The notes beneath the pieces were generated by a model. It saw only the letters and a list, made by a program, of their open reading frames with translations. It was not told the origin of the DNA and made no database searches. 64,000 bases of DNA from Massalongia carnosa (lineage: Eukaryota), in the NCBI GenBank assembly GCA_965645245.1, contig OZ287071.1, forward strand, positions 2,542,001-2,606,000, written 5' to 3'. Of the stretch, positions 23,635 through 36,246 are shown piece after piece (position 1 is the first letter of the stretch; each line of letters begins with the position of its first letter). The position numbers and the translations under genes are program-made.

Positions 23635-24369
23635 ATGCGGATCTGCTTACGCTCTTGCCTTCTCCTCGCTGTGACATCGTATGTGAACACGCTCCCGGTG
23701 GATTCAGATCTTTCATCTGACCCGGGGTCGGGCGTGAGCTACCCCGATGCATCGACCAACCTGCTCGCTCCAGCGTCCATCCCGAAAACCGCCGGTACTT
23801 TGTTCAATCCGTCCGATCGAATCTCAAGTTGGAGCAACGGAGATACATCAATCGGCCCGTTCAGCCTGGCTTTCAGCGACACAACTAACCCAGCAAGTCT
23901 TAGCGACGCTTCCACCCTCGATACAAACCCAGTGGCCTCCACCAACAACGTAGACGAATCCATACCCTTGTCCGACACGCCCCCTCTGCTCATAAGCGGT
24001 GCTCCCGCCGCAGCATCACACTACCTTGCCCGACCATCATTACCCGTCGAGCCATGGCCCTGCGGAGAAATGCGCGAGGACGAGGGCAAGGACTTGGCCC
24101 AAGCCTGTTGTATGAAGCCCGATGAATGCGTCTGGTATCGTCGCGATCACCCATGGTGCCAAACCGGCGGGGCCAAGTCCTGCTGCGAGCACATCACCTG
24201 GGAAAGCGTTGGAATCAACTGTCGGAAGGCCAACCAGCGCAAGCCGAAGTTTAGACCAGTTGAAATCCTGAAAGACACCTTCAACAAATTCCTAGACACG
24301 GAGCAGACCATTCAGGAAAATGTCGGAGGCTTTATCGACCATATCCCCAAAGGCGTCCCTGATCCCTAA
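23635..24369 (+). CDS. Secreted protein: signal peptide, S/T/D/P-rich linker and an 8-Cys domain (effector-like)
   Basis: N-terminus MRICLRSCLLLAVTSYVNTLP. C-terminal cysteine pattern C..CC..C..C..CC..C (WPCGE, ACCMK, ECVW, WCQT, SCCEH, NCRK). Confidence 0.75.
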   Translation: MRICLRSCLLLAVTSYVNTLPVDSDLSSDPGSGVSYPDASTNLLAPASIPKTAGTLFNPSDRISSWSNGDTSIGPFSLAFSDTTNPASLSDASTLDTNPVASTNNVDESIPLSDTPPLLISGAPAAASHYLARPSLPVEPWPCGEMREDEGKDLAQACCMKPDECVWYRRDHPWCQTGGAKSCCEHITWESVGINCRKANQRKPKFRPVEILKDTFNKFLDTEQTIQENVGGFIDHIPKGVPDP

Positions 24370-25769
24370 GCAAGCCATACGGAAACCCAGCATCGCGTCA
24401 GGCAGAGCTTGCAGCATGAACTGATGGAGGAATAGCAGGGGTGTGGATGGTGCTCGAAGAATAGACTGCGAATGAGGTTTTCCGTCGCTGGGGGTATTTG
24501 GATCGGAGATCCATGCTGATTGGTTCTACCGCCTGAAAGAGATCGTGAAAGACCGTAGACCGTAGACGAGCGTGAGCTCTTCCTACCGTTTCGCCAAGAA
24601 ACACGCATCTGAAGGACAATACGTAGTACAGCGCCCAATATATATGTATACACCATTGAAATCCACTCCGTCCGATCGACTTCCATTTTCCTCCCCCTTT
24701 TCCATCCCTCATATATCTTTCTTCTTTCTTCCTCAATCTTGTTTTCCTCAATATTTCACGCTCATCTCTCAATCCATTTCATTCAATTCTTCACGTCATC
24801 CACGAATTCGCGGAGTCCCTTCGACACGAAAACGTAAAAAGAGCTTGAAGCTTAAGAGAAAGGAGAAGAAGGGAAACGATGAATGAATGAATAGAGCGAT
24901 GAAGTGATTGGTTATCCAGCGGCTGTGCCCCTGAAGAGGAGGGGGGTTGTGGGATTTTGAAGGGATTTGAATAGGGGGGTTTGAAGGGAATTGGAGGAGT
25001 TGGAGGAGGAGGAGGGAGAGGGGGAGTTGAGAAAGGAAATTCGAGGAGAGAGAGAGAGAGAGAGATGGATGTATATACCTTATCTATCTACCTATCTACA
25101 ATCTATTCAACTTTATTCATTCAGTAAGTGACCAAGTGAATAGCTAGTCCAGTGAGGAAGTACGAGAAAATGAGGAAGAAGAAGTGAAGTGGTTTTTTCC
25201 GATAGAAAAGGAAAGGAAAGAGAAGGAGAGGAGGGGGGGAGAGTTTGATGAGGGGTTTTATATTGATGATCATGATGAATGTTGTTGGGAGGGCGGTTAT
25301 AGAATATGTATTGATGATGACGGTGAAGAATCATTCCAAACACGTCGTTTTCTGATGATAAAGACCGTATGATTAACATCCACGATCATCACGAACACGA
25401 GCGATTACGTGGATGCGGTTCGCAAACCGACTACGTTAGATAAGCCATTCTAACGCCTCCACCAAGGAAAGCTATACACACGCATGACCCAAACGGTTTC
25501 GATATGTGCCATGAACCCCTCCAGCCAGAGATGTGAACATAAACCCCCCCCCAGCCCGGTCAGCTTCTCCAAATCATAGTTAACGTATCTGTAAGAAACA
25601 GCAAAAACCCCCAGTCAGCACACGCCGGAATGGTGACGCGTCTGGCAAAGAGAAATTTTCGCAGGCTGGATGACTTTGGTGGGTGGCGATGTCCACGAGG
25701 AGTTAGTTGTCTAGACTAAGAATCGGGTAATGTGGAATAGGGGAACGGGACATGTTGGTTAACTGCCAC

Positions 25770-28700
25770 TTAGGGATGATGGATTACAGTATCGATGGGG
25801 ATTTCCATGGTGATCTCCTCAGCAAGCTCCGCTGTAGATGCCCTTTGGGCAACCAGCAGCTCCTCCTGCTTGTCCGCTAGCATTTTTGCGAACACATGCT
25901 GGTTTCCTAGCCCTTCACCCCCAATTGTACTCACTGCCTCAGATAGTTCGATTCCAACGCGGATGGCATCTTCAATCTTACCACCCATCTGGTAGCATTT
26001 CAAAAGAAACCACAGCGCCTGAATCCGGTCTGTATGCTCTCCATCCTCTCTTGCTGAGCTTTCGTATCTTTGTCGTTGAACGACTCTGGTGAGTATTTCC
26101 TCCGCTTCGCTATAACGTTGCTGACGAACGAGTACCTGCGATAACCAGACTCTCCCGAGTAGTGTGCCAGCATGATTTTCGCCCAGGTTTCTTTCTGCGA
26201 TAGGGAGAGCAGTACGCAAAAGATCTTCGGCTTCGTCCGTTTGGTTTAAAGCAGTTTTGATTCTGGCTAGGTTTGCAATAGCTAGAAGAGTGTACGGCTG
26301 CTCCTTACCGAGTTTTTTCCTGCGCTCTTCGAGAACTTGTGCTTGCATCATGTGGGCACGATTCAAATGCTCACCCCCGATCTCCATGTATGCCAGAGCG
26401 ACATGTTCCATGGTAGTTAAAGTACGTAAATCCGTTGGGCCCAGTACACGTTGCATTCCAATCATTGCCTTCAAGTGCAGATCCTTGGCCTTTTCATATA
26501 AAAAGTACCTGGTCATCATTTTGCCAAGATTATCCACTGCAACAAGAGTATCTTCATGGTCTGGTCCCAGGATCTCTGTCATTCTTTCAACCGCCCTTTC
26601 ATGTAATTGACGCGCTTCGTTGAATCCGCCTTGGAGGGCGCAACTCTCAGCCAGAAAGTCCATTGCTTTCAGCGTTTTAGGATGATCAGGGCCCAAGGAG
26701 TTCATGCATGCTTGGAAGACTTGTCTTCGCAAACCTGCGGCTTTCTTCTGACGCGATTGCTGCATATAGGTGAGCGACAGAAGGAGCATGATAGCCATGG
26801 TCAATTGATGCTCCAAGCCTAGCTTTTCGCAAAGATAGTTCGTCACTGCTAGCTGCAGTTCCTCAGCTTCGTTCCAAAGACCGCCTTGGGAGTATACAAG
26901 GCTAAATTTTACTGACTCAATGGCCTGCCGGTTGCCAAACCTTGGTTCAGGTACAGGCCAAGGCTGTTTGCGTAGCCTTTGATTCTCAACGATCCTTTTG
27001 CGAATTTGCGATTGTCGACTCCGCAATTCGACGACGTGAGGCACAAGGTCTCTTTGCAAGGCCGCATTTTCATTCGTAGTACCGGATGGAGATAGAATAA
27101 TAGCCTGCACCAAAGTCGTTGCTGCAGCTTGACACCATATAGCCTGCTCTCCCGTGCTTATCTGGGGCCTCTCCCGCACCCACACATGCACCAACGGATG
27201 TATAGAGTAACTATTAGCTTCTTCATGGTAAGATATCAATGAGAATTGAGCGAGAAGACTCAATGCAGCCCTGAGCCGGTCATCGAAGTCGTCAAGCGAT
27301 TCTGGTGACTGGACATCCCGTAGTATGCTAGGTAGTACTGGAGGAGTTCGATCCATAAACACTACTTCTCGTGCCATGAACATTACGTATTTGAAATATT
27401 GTATCCATGACTTGGGTTTTGAGAATGTTTTTGAACTCTTACTGTCGCGTTCTCCTTTCTCCCAGAGCTCCGTCTCTTTCCACGGGTTCTTTGCTGCGGC
27501 AGTCAAGACATCAAATCGAATATCTTCACGGCGAAGAAATGAGAATATCTTGAGCAGCTGAACTGCGTCTTGAGACGTTCGGGTTGTTGTTTTCTCGAGC
27601 TTCTGATATAAAACCTCGTAGCTGGAGTACACCTTCATATTGGCGTCATCCTCGTCGTCTTGAAAATGCCCCGAGTCCTTCCAAGCTCGACGAATTCTGT
27701 CCCAGCTCCTTTTATAGAAGTTCATGTAATTTCCTAGTTCGCATAGCTTATTCGCAATTGCTGTCCCGGCATGTACCAGAGCAAGTGGTAAGCAACCCAA
27801 GGCCCTTGAAATGTGAGCCGCTGATTCTCTAGCAGATGAATCCCACGGACAGGTTACATTGGCTGCTTTCAGCAGGAGTTCGCTGGCCGCCTCATTCTCT
27901 AACTTTTCGAACTGGTAGAATCGTTTTCCGATAGTGCCATGCCTTCTGTTCTTTGGGACTCGTGTGGTCACAAGGATAAATCCTCTCTCGCCCTCTGGGA
28001 AGTAGTCTTCAATAGAGGTCTTCAAATCGTCCGCGTTATCTATAATTAGTAGCCAGGGAAGTTCGAGACTAGACAGCCAATTCTTTGCCGCGCGTATGTT
28101 ACACTCAACCCCTCCAATTTTGGCAATTGACGAGAAAGTATGTTTAGCACTCTCTTCCGAACTCGCGTCGATCCAAAAGATACCCCAGAATCTGGAGACA
28201 ATAGTTATAACCATGTCTGAGACCTAGGTTCCGGGTCTGCTTACTTCTGTCGATTATCCTGAGCAAATTTGCAGCAAAACTCTGTCTTGCCGGAGCCGCC
28301 AAGTCCTTGGAGGACGAATCGTTTTTGAGCGTGGTTTTCTTCGGGGACTGATGAGACGTCGTAGGCATTTCCGAGCTCCTTCAGCAGTTTCCGCCTGCCG
28401 GTGAATATGCTACTGACAGCATGCGGGGTGTGGAAATGTTTGTTCAGGTGCATTGATGACATAACAGCTGCGGCGGTATTGATGGAGTTCCGTAGCTTTT
28501 CGTAGTTAGCACAAACCGGTTGGCATGAGAGTGGGTAATTTACATTCTCGTCGTCAGCATTATTAATCTTTGGTCGCAGAACAGATAGCTGATATTGTAA
28601 CGTGAAGCCCAGCTGTCGTACCTCATCAAATTTCTCCGAGAGTTGACTAATAGAAGTGTCTGTTGAATGATGAGAACTTTGAGTATACTCACTGCAACGG

Positions 28701-29214
28701 GTTAGCTGAGTTGAGCTTTGTACAATGCTCCTACTTACAGGTTTAGTGCGGTCAATAACATCTGAAGGCTGCCTTGCGCGTTCGAAAGTCGCTGGCGGAG
28801 TTGAAGAAAATCTGGATCCTTCGACCGCATCCTTAATTGTTTTCTGATCCGATCGATTTTGCCGCCCCCTTTCCTTTTCCCATCCTTGCCAATGATTTCG
28901 TTAAGCAGCCCTTCAAGTTTGAGCACCGTTGCTTCACAGCTTTGCAGGTTGATGGCTACCTCCTTCCACAGGCCATCGGCTCGAGTTCGATCGGTCTCTG
29001 ATGCCAAAGGAACACCGGCAGCTTTGCATTTTGTATTCCAGAAGTCGTTCAGTGATCGGCGAATTGAGAGCAGTGCATTGATGTCCGCCGATAAGGCTTC
29101 GATTTCTTCTTCAACTTTGTCGGCTTCCTTGTAGACATCTTCGATGGCGCTGATCACACGGATGCAGACATCAAGAAAACTGACGGACCCAACGATGATC
29201 GAAAAAGGATCCAT
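25770..29214 (-). CDS. Fungal NLR-like STAND protein: HeLo-like N-terminal domain, NB-ARC and TPR repeats (4 exons)
   Basis: N-terminal helix MDPFSIIVGSVSFLDVC; FTGR motif; Walker A GLGGSGKT; Walker B WLLIIDNAD; LGCLPLAL; HPLVH; ~42-aa TPRs (LGPDHPKT, LGPDHEDT, LGENHAGT). Three GT-AG introns near 28740-28693, 28543-28496 and 28245-28192. Confidence 0.92.
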
Positions 29215-30444
29215 TGTTGGGGCATCCTTGATGCTGGAGTAAAGGCAGAGTCGCTTGGTGGAATGGGATCAGGTAACTAGACTCCAACAAAGCGCGACTC
29301 ATTGGTAATGCCTTAAGTTATCCGTTGCCAAGCTCGGTGTCCAAAATAAGTGGGATCGTTCAATGGGTAGTAGACCGCCACTTATTTTTGACGTCTGGGC
29401 CTGCTTACCGCGGGGTTGCAAGGCTTGCCATCGTTCGCTGCAGCCCTTATCGCGCCTTTGCAGTATGGTGGCCTCCCACACACCACACCACCAAGCCGAG
29501 TTTGTTGGTCGGGTTTGTCCAGCTTGCCGCCATTTGAGACTTTGAGAGTGCAAGCAAGCGCTAAAAACATGGCGGACTGTAGTTAATACCCATAAGGCTC
29601 TACTGATTACTTGTATTAGAACCAAACAAGTTCAAGATCAGGGCAGGTGTGAAATGGAATTTCTGTGTTTGCGTAAGAGATAGTAATCGGCCATCCGCCT
29701 TAGCCGCACGCACAAAAGAAGGGTCTCATGCAAGACTAGTTCCCGATTTGCCTAAAGTGGTCACGTTGATAATTTGCATAGTGTTTTCTTCGACTCTATC
29801 TGCAAAAGGTGGATTTAATAGGAATTTTGGTAAATGATATCAACTCGAGAGTTATGTTCAAACGCTGATACAGAATGCGATTAAAATGAAGTTGCCGTAT
29901 AGAATGATTGATGAGCGATGATTGATAGCTGAGCAATGGCGGTTAACTTAATGGTAGACGACGTTAATTGGTGCCCATTTTGGCTCGTTTGTGGCGCTTT
30001 CTTGCATGCACTGAGTAGGGTTTTTTGCATCATGATTCGCAATCTCGGAATTTTGGGGGAGTTTCGCAAGGCTGCCTCGTTCAGCATGCGGTGACTTGTA
30101 CATCGCTGATTGATTGTGTGCTTCCGACGGGAAAGGGGGTCGAAATTAGATGCTCGTGGTGATTAACGTTCATTGGTGGTGGCTTGAGTCCTGAGGCGTC
30201 TGGTGAACCTATCAGTTGATAGTCTGGTTGCAATTTTGAGTTCTCTACTTCCTTCAGGCCATCGAACAAGCTCAATCGCAGCTGTTTTATCTACTCTTCT
30301 AAAAGTCGCGTCGAAGTCCACAATCCTACTGCTCGAGAACTTCTTTTCCTCTCAATGCTGACTTCTTCCAACAAACAACTCCTATCGCGCTTCCGGTTAT
30401 TTTGACTCGCGAATTCTTACGTATCGCCTCGGTTCTGGCTCATC

Positions 30445-32337
30445 ATGGACGATTCACCAATCGGAGGAGGCACATTGAGTCTGCGTCTAGCGCTTGGGAC
30501 GCTCTTGCTTGCATGCTGGATATTCACCTACATCCAAAAACGAGTTGGGTATGAAGTATGATGGCTATTTCGTCGTTGTGAACCATGAACTCTAAGCCGC
30601 TGACTTGGATACAGGCCGACCAAAAATTTGGTGCACGGAATGGCTGTATGCCCATTGAGTCAAGATTACCGTACAAATGGCCTCTCGCACTCGACGTTTT
30701 CAAGCGGCAATATGATGCTCTTATGTCCGGGCATTTGTTAGCATTTCAAGCCGACTATTTCGAGAAGGCTGCCATGGGCAAAACTTTTCAGGTCAAGTTG
30801 CTGGGCAAAGTTGGCTACTTTACCACAGATCCCAAGAATCTTGAGTCCATTCTCCTCACACGATTTGAAGGTAAGACCCTTTCTGGGACTTGATTGGGTA
30901 TATTGTCACAGAGGCTCTAATTGTTCGTGTATGTGCTGTGTACCTTAGACTGGGAACTTGGATCACGACGTCCTGGTCTTTTCCCAATGATCGGAGAAGG
31001 CATTTTCACCCAAGATGGGCCTGCTTGGAAGCACTCGCGAGAATTGCTCCGTCGTCAGTTTGTGCGCATACAATATCAAGATGTAAAAGTATTTGATGGG
31101 CCTGTCAATGAGTTACTAGCTGGCCTCTTCGCTTCTAACGGCGTCGTAGATCTACAGCCATTCTTCTTTCGTTTTACGCTGGCCACCACAACCTCACTCA
31201 TCTTTGGGGAACCTTTTGCAGGCCTTGATCGTGTGGATCACGAAATCTTCGAAGAGAATTTTGACTATTGCTCGCTCATTTCTGCAATGCGACTGCGGCT
31301 TGCGGACTGGTGCTGGGTATACAGCCCTTGGAAGTTCAAGAAAGCGTGTGGGATGGTCAAGAGATATGCTACGCGCTACGTTGATCACGCACTGAAAGAT
31401 AAAGCCGAAAATGGGGAAGAGGCAGCGACTGAACGTCACCCATTCATTCTAGACCTCTACAAAGAGCTTCAAGATCCGGTACTGGTACGCGATCAACTCA
31501 TGAATGTCTTGATTGCCGGAAGAGACACCACAGCATGTCTTATGACCTGGACTTTGTATGTATTCAATTATTCTTAACCCGTTTGGGTATTGAAAAGCTT
31601 GAGATTACCTGGTATTAACTCGAACCCTTTCAAGTTATCACTTAGTTCGGCACCCATCAGTTCTCGAGCGTTTACGGCGAGAAATACAGTCAGTTGCAGA
31701 AAATGGAGATGATTTGACGAGGGCTCAAATAAACAAAATGGCATATCTCAAATGCGTTCTGAACGAGAGTTAGCCCCCTACATACCCTCAGCCGCGTTTA
31801 ATGATGACTAACTTATTTTTTCTCCTTCCAGCGAATAGATTATATACACAAATACCAGTCAACATTCGCGTGGCTACGAAGACCACTATTCTTCCCAAGG
31901 GTGGTGGTCCTGACGGTCAATTTCCGCTCCTTATTCGCAAAGGGGTGGGAATAGGAATTTCTCCATATCACATGCATCGACATAAGGACCTATACGGCGA
32001 CGATGCAAACGAATTCCGGCCAGGACGGTGGGAGGGACCGGAGTTGCAGCACATTGGGTGGGGGTTCATGCCGTTTCACGGTGGACCGAGAATCTGTCTT
32101 GGCAGTGAGTATCTAATCGGTCCCTAAGCATTACCGCTAGTTATCTTGACGCTAAACATTTCGGAACTAGAGGACTTCGCTCTTACGGAAGCATCGTATG
32201 TGATTGTTCGTATCCTTCAGAATTTCCCACATTTGCGCTTGCCGCCAGATCTTCCCGTTATACCGTCCGGCCAGGAAAAACAGAGCCTCACGATTGTGGT
32301 TGCGAGTGAAGAAGGATGCAAGGTTTTGGTTCACTGA
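30445..32337 (+). CDS. Cytochrome P450, CYP52 clan (alkane/fatty-acid hydroxylase-like), multi-exon
   Basis: N-terminal TM anchor; GEGIFTQDGPAWKHSR; I-helix AGRDTTA; KGGGPDG; FRPGRW; heme motif FHGGPRICLG. Confidence 0.93.
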
Positions 32338-33051
32338 AGAAACAGCTAAGAATTGCAAGAGAAAATCATCTCATCGGTAATGCAAGATATTAAGTGATAA
32401 ACGAGTAATAAAAGTAACCACGTCATAGCTAGATGCTTTGCATTTCAAACCCACTTATTCTACTCAAGTACGATCAGTTCAAGGAAAGCTCACTTTATTT
32501 AACGTGAATGTCATTTTCCGATTATTGTTGCACGTGAACTTCTTCAATTAAGTGATTACTCTAGAACCTACTGAAAAGCGCATCTGAATTCCGGGACACT
32601 TTTACTCGGTTATCTTGACACACTCTTTCCTTACATCAACATCCTCTCTTATAACTCCAGGGTTCACCCGCCCCCCCCCCCCCCCCCACTCGAAATTTTC
32701 CAAATCTCACAACGTTTCAACTAAACCTTCGATCCGAAGTCAAGGACAAGAGCAAGACGAAGCGAGAGACCAAAGACGATGAACAGAGAAAAAGAAGAGG
32801 CGCGCAGTCACTAAAAGAAGAAGATATCTTTCGACAAATATATACCATTCAAAAAGTCAGCCAAAGCGAACCAAAACAAGAGCGTGTGTCAAAATTAGTT
32901 AATAAACCAGCGAACAACCAACCAACCAACCAGGACAAAGTTTGTCCCGGGAACTAAACCCAAGTTACTTTGCATACATATACGTACTCAATCTACTCCG
33001 GTGTCGTTGAAAAATTTTACGTAGGTACTCTTTGAATTTAACCCAAACTTA

Positions 33052-33315
33052 CTAGTCGAACGGCGGGCGACCTGTCCTTTGCCCCCGCGGTTCAGCTCAC
33101 CAACTCACTAGTTTTGCCTCCCTCACTGGTTTTGCCTCCCTTGTGCGGGCGCCCCCCCCCCCCAAAAAAGGGCGCTTTCTCGAAGGAAGTGGGGGACCGG
33201 GGAAAAGGAGAGAAGGAGAGAGTTGGAGGGATGGTGGTGGGTTGGAGAAAAGGGGGGGGGGGGAAGGAAGTAGTAGAGAGAAAGAGAAAAGAGCGACGAT
33301 AGACAAATATAAAGA
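33052..33315 (-). mobile_element. Probable non-autonomous mini-Helitron (about 264 bp)
   Basis: Minus strand begins A|TCTTTATATT and ends with a GC-rich hairpin (GAACCGCGGGGGC...GCCCGCCGTTC) followed by GA-CTAG|T. Internal direct repeat GGGAGGCAAAAC(C/T)AGTGAG x2. Confidence 0.5.
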
Positions 33316-33624
33316 TTGCTCCATAAATATGTCTGATTGGATTTCCAGTTTCCCCCATAACTAAGTAACCCGAACTAAAGACCAACGCAACTTTACCGCC
33401 CTACCATCCCGCTACTATGAAACTACGAACACGCTCGCAACGGTTATGTAAACCGAGCCGATTTGGACGAGGAGTGGAATTAACTTAGGTGGTTTAACGC
33501 GTGACTACAATAAAATGGGGCAAAGGCAGTGTTTTGCTCTGCAAGTAGCTAGGTATTCATCCGATGCACGTCTCCCCAAACCCCAACCCCAACCCTCCTC
33601 CACATCCCCCCCTCCCGCGACAGT

Positions 33625-34401
33625 TTACAAGAAAGCGCCCGCAGCCACGACGACAGCCACAGCGAACAAGGCCCCAGCCTCTACAGCCGCCGAACGTCCG
33701 CCCGTGTTCGGTTTCTTCGACGCCGTTGCCGACGCTGCTGACCCGGTCGCGGAGCTGCTCGTAGACCCGCCCTTGGAGCCCTTGCTCCCGGTCGCGGTGG
33801 CGGTAGCGGCGCCGCTGGCTGTCGAGCCGGATCCCGAGCCGGCCTGAGCGGCGGAGTTGGCGCTGGCGCTGGATGTGGCGGAGGAATCCTTGGTTATGGT
33901 GGCGCTGGCGGTGGCGCTAGCGGGCGAATCGCTGGTGGCCGTCTTGGGGGCGCCCTTTCCCTTGCAGGTCTCTTCGTATTGGGTTGGGAGGTTGGAGAGG
34001 GCGTCCGGGCAGTAGGAGGTGTAGCAGCTGGGTGGAGAAGAGGATTAGTGGATGCTGGTCGGGGCAGAGGGGACACACGACGCTGGGATGACAGAGGATC
34101 CGCAAAAGGGGGGCAGGCTGGCTTACTTCATGGTGAGATCATAGACGGAGCAGGCACATTCCACGCCTCCGGCGGTGCAACCTTGTGCTATCGTAGCTGG
34201 GGCCACGCAGCTGGCTAGCTCTCTGTGTGGGAGGGGCATGAGGTTAGCGGGGTTGTGGGGGGGGGAGGAAAGCGAGTTGGACGAGGGGGGAACGCACTCG
34301 ACTGACTTGCAGTGCGCGAGGTTTTTGCCGAAATTATTGCCCAGGACTTGGGCGGATGCGAGACTGGCAACGGCCAAGAGGAGGATGCTCGACCAGAACA
34401 T
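33625..34401 (-). CDS. CFEM-like 8-Cys GPI-anchored cell-surface protein (3 exons)
   Basis: Signal peptide MFWSSILLLAVASLASA. Spliced core HCKELASCVAPATIAQGCTAGGVECACSVYDLTMNCYTSYCPDALSNLPTQYEETC. S/T/A/G stalk, then a hydrophobic tail ...NTGGRSAAVEAGALFAVAVVVAAGAFL*. Confidence 0.85.
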
Positions 34402-35512
34402 GATGATGATGGGTTCTTTTTCCGGGGGGAAGAATAGAAAGAGCTAGGATGCAGGGCGAAGGAATGAAAAAAAGTGTTGCTGAAGAGCCAGAGCACTGAG
34501 GCAGATGAAAAGAATGACACGATGAGAAATTCGAGAGGGCTTCGTGAAAGTAAAAGATGGGCATGAGACGGGGGTTTATATAACTACCCACCTACCTGTC
34601 CTCCTGGGCCGCAACCGTTTTACCCTTGCGACGGGTACACTCCAAAGAATCATTTTATTTCGGGACGTTTTTTTCCCATCCCCCCATCGCACGATCGTTA
34701 GCTACAGGGTCATCGAGCCAATAAAGAAACCGTCCCATCGGCAGCACGAGGTTGATGATGATGCGGTGTCCCGCTCTCCAGAAGGAGCAGTAGGGAGAGA
34801 GCGTCTTACTCCGACTCTGTACTTGAGTATTAACTAGCTTGCCGGGAGATGAGCAGTTAGTTAGGGCCGAAGCTGAAATTCGCGATGAAGCTGTACCGAG
34901 TTTCAGTCGAACAACTATGTAACTAACTAACCACGACGCTGTAGTCCAAGCATCTCGCAAGCTTGGTGGACTCAGCCTTTCGTCGATCAACGGCAGGAAA
35001 CCTTCATGTTACCCAATCAGCCCCCTTCCCACCATCCTGGAGCGCACGGCAGAAGAGTGGCAGGCATGCAGTACTCTGTACTTATGTACGGAGTACTTAC
35101 ATATACCTCCGTACGTACGGGAGAAACCTCGAATGGGGGTTTATTTATTCAGCCTTATTCAGCCTTATGGGTAACTGACTAAACTACTTAGCTAACCCCC
35201 ATTACTCGGAGACGGAACTGCTAGGGCTACATAAGTACTCCGTACATACGTAAGTATGTGCAACCCACCAATTACATAAGTAGTTCAATTCCGGGAGTTA
35301 CCCTAGGTTAGTTGGTTAGTTATCCTTACAATACAGTCGTCGAGACTCCAGACAACCATCTTGAGTTTTAGCATTGATATCATCATCATCATTGTTATCT
35401 TTCTCATTCCTTATTCATCAACCGAACCAGTTGTTTATTTATTTATTTATTTAGGGAATCCCCCCCGGGGGAAAGGGGGAATGAAAAAATCTAGAATCCA
35501 CAAATAATTATA

Positions 35513-36246
35513 ATGATGATGATGATGTATTCATACTCCGATATGTCACTGGCCGTAGGCCGGCCCATGCGGGCAAAGCTATCTAAGTTATGTTACAGGG
35601 AAAACCTTTTTCAGGAGTAAAAACCATATCCCTTGATACCTGTCCGATGTGACATCGGGTCGACAGTCGGACAGGAGACGCAGAGCGAAAATATTGTGGA
35701 AACTGTGACGCCTTGTGAGATGGGAAGGAAAAGAGAAGTGAAACTACTGTTGATTGTACAATAGTGTAGATGCCAGTGAGAATTGGGTCAGTAGACCTGT
35801 TTTCATTAGCCAAGCACTTAATATCTTTAGAGTCTTTGATGTTTCGGTTAGCTGTTGATAGTTGTTGATTGCCAGCGGCGCGAAACATCTGTTCTCTATT
35901 GTCAATAAGTCTACAGAACATAATTTACGTGTTCTGGAGTTTGTCTGTGCCAGCCACATGAGCAGGCCGGTGAGGTGACGACGGGGACTCGTCGCTGGTA
36001 GAGGAAGTCAGCTAGACCGGCGCTTTCTGCCTTTTTTTTAGCAGCGTATGTATTTTCAGTGGTTTTTTGCTCAGTGGAACTGATTGCGCTATGGAGGGTT
36101 CGGTGACGCGATTTTGATATGCGCTCCACGAGTCGTTCCAGACTTTTCAGCTGTCGTGCTTTAATTGTCTGCATTTGTTTTTGACGAGCCAACGCTGCTG
36201 CGGAGACTTCGTGCGGGGGGGTCGGACCTGGTGGGTGTGCTTTGGG
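35513..36246 (-). mobile_element. 5'-truncated, frameshifted LINE (Tad1-like) 3' end
   Basis: ORF2 C-terminal zinc knuckle GLADFLYQRRVP..SPACSCGWHRQTPEHV..FC and WLMKTGLLTQFSLA, split across frames. 3' UTR ends in a (CAT)5 tail. Confidence 0.8.
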
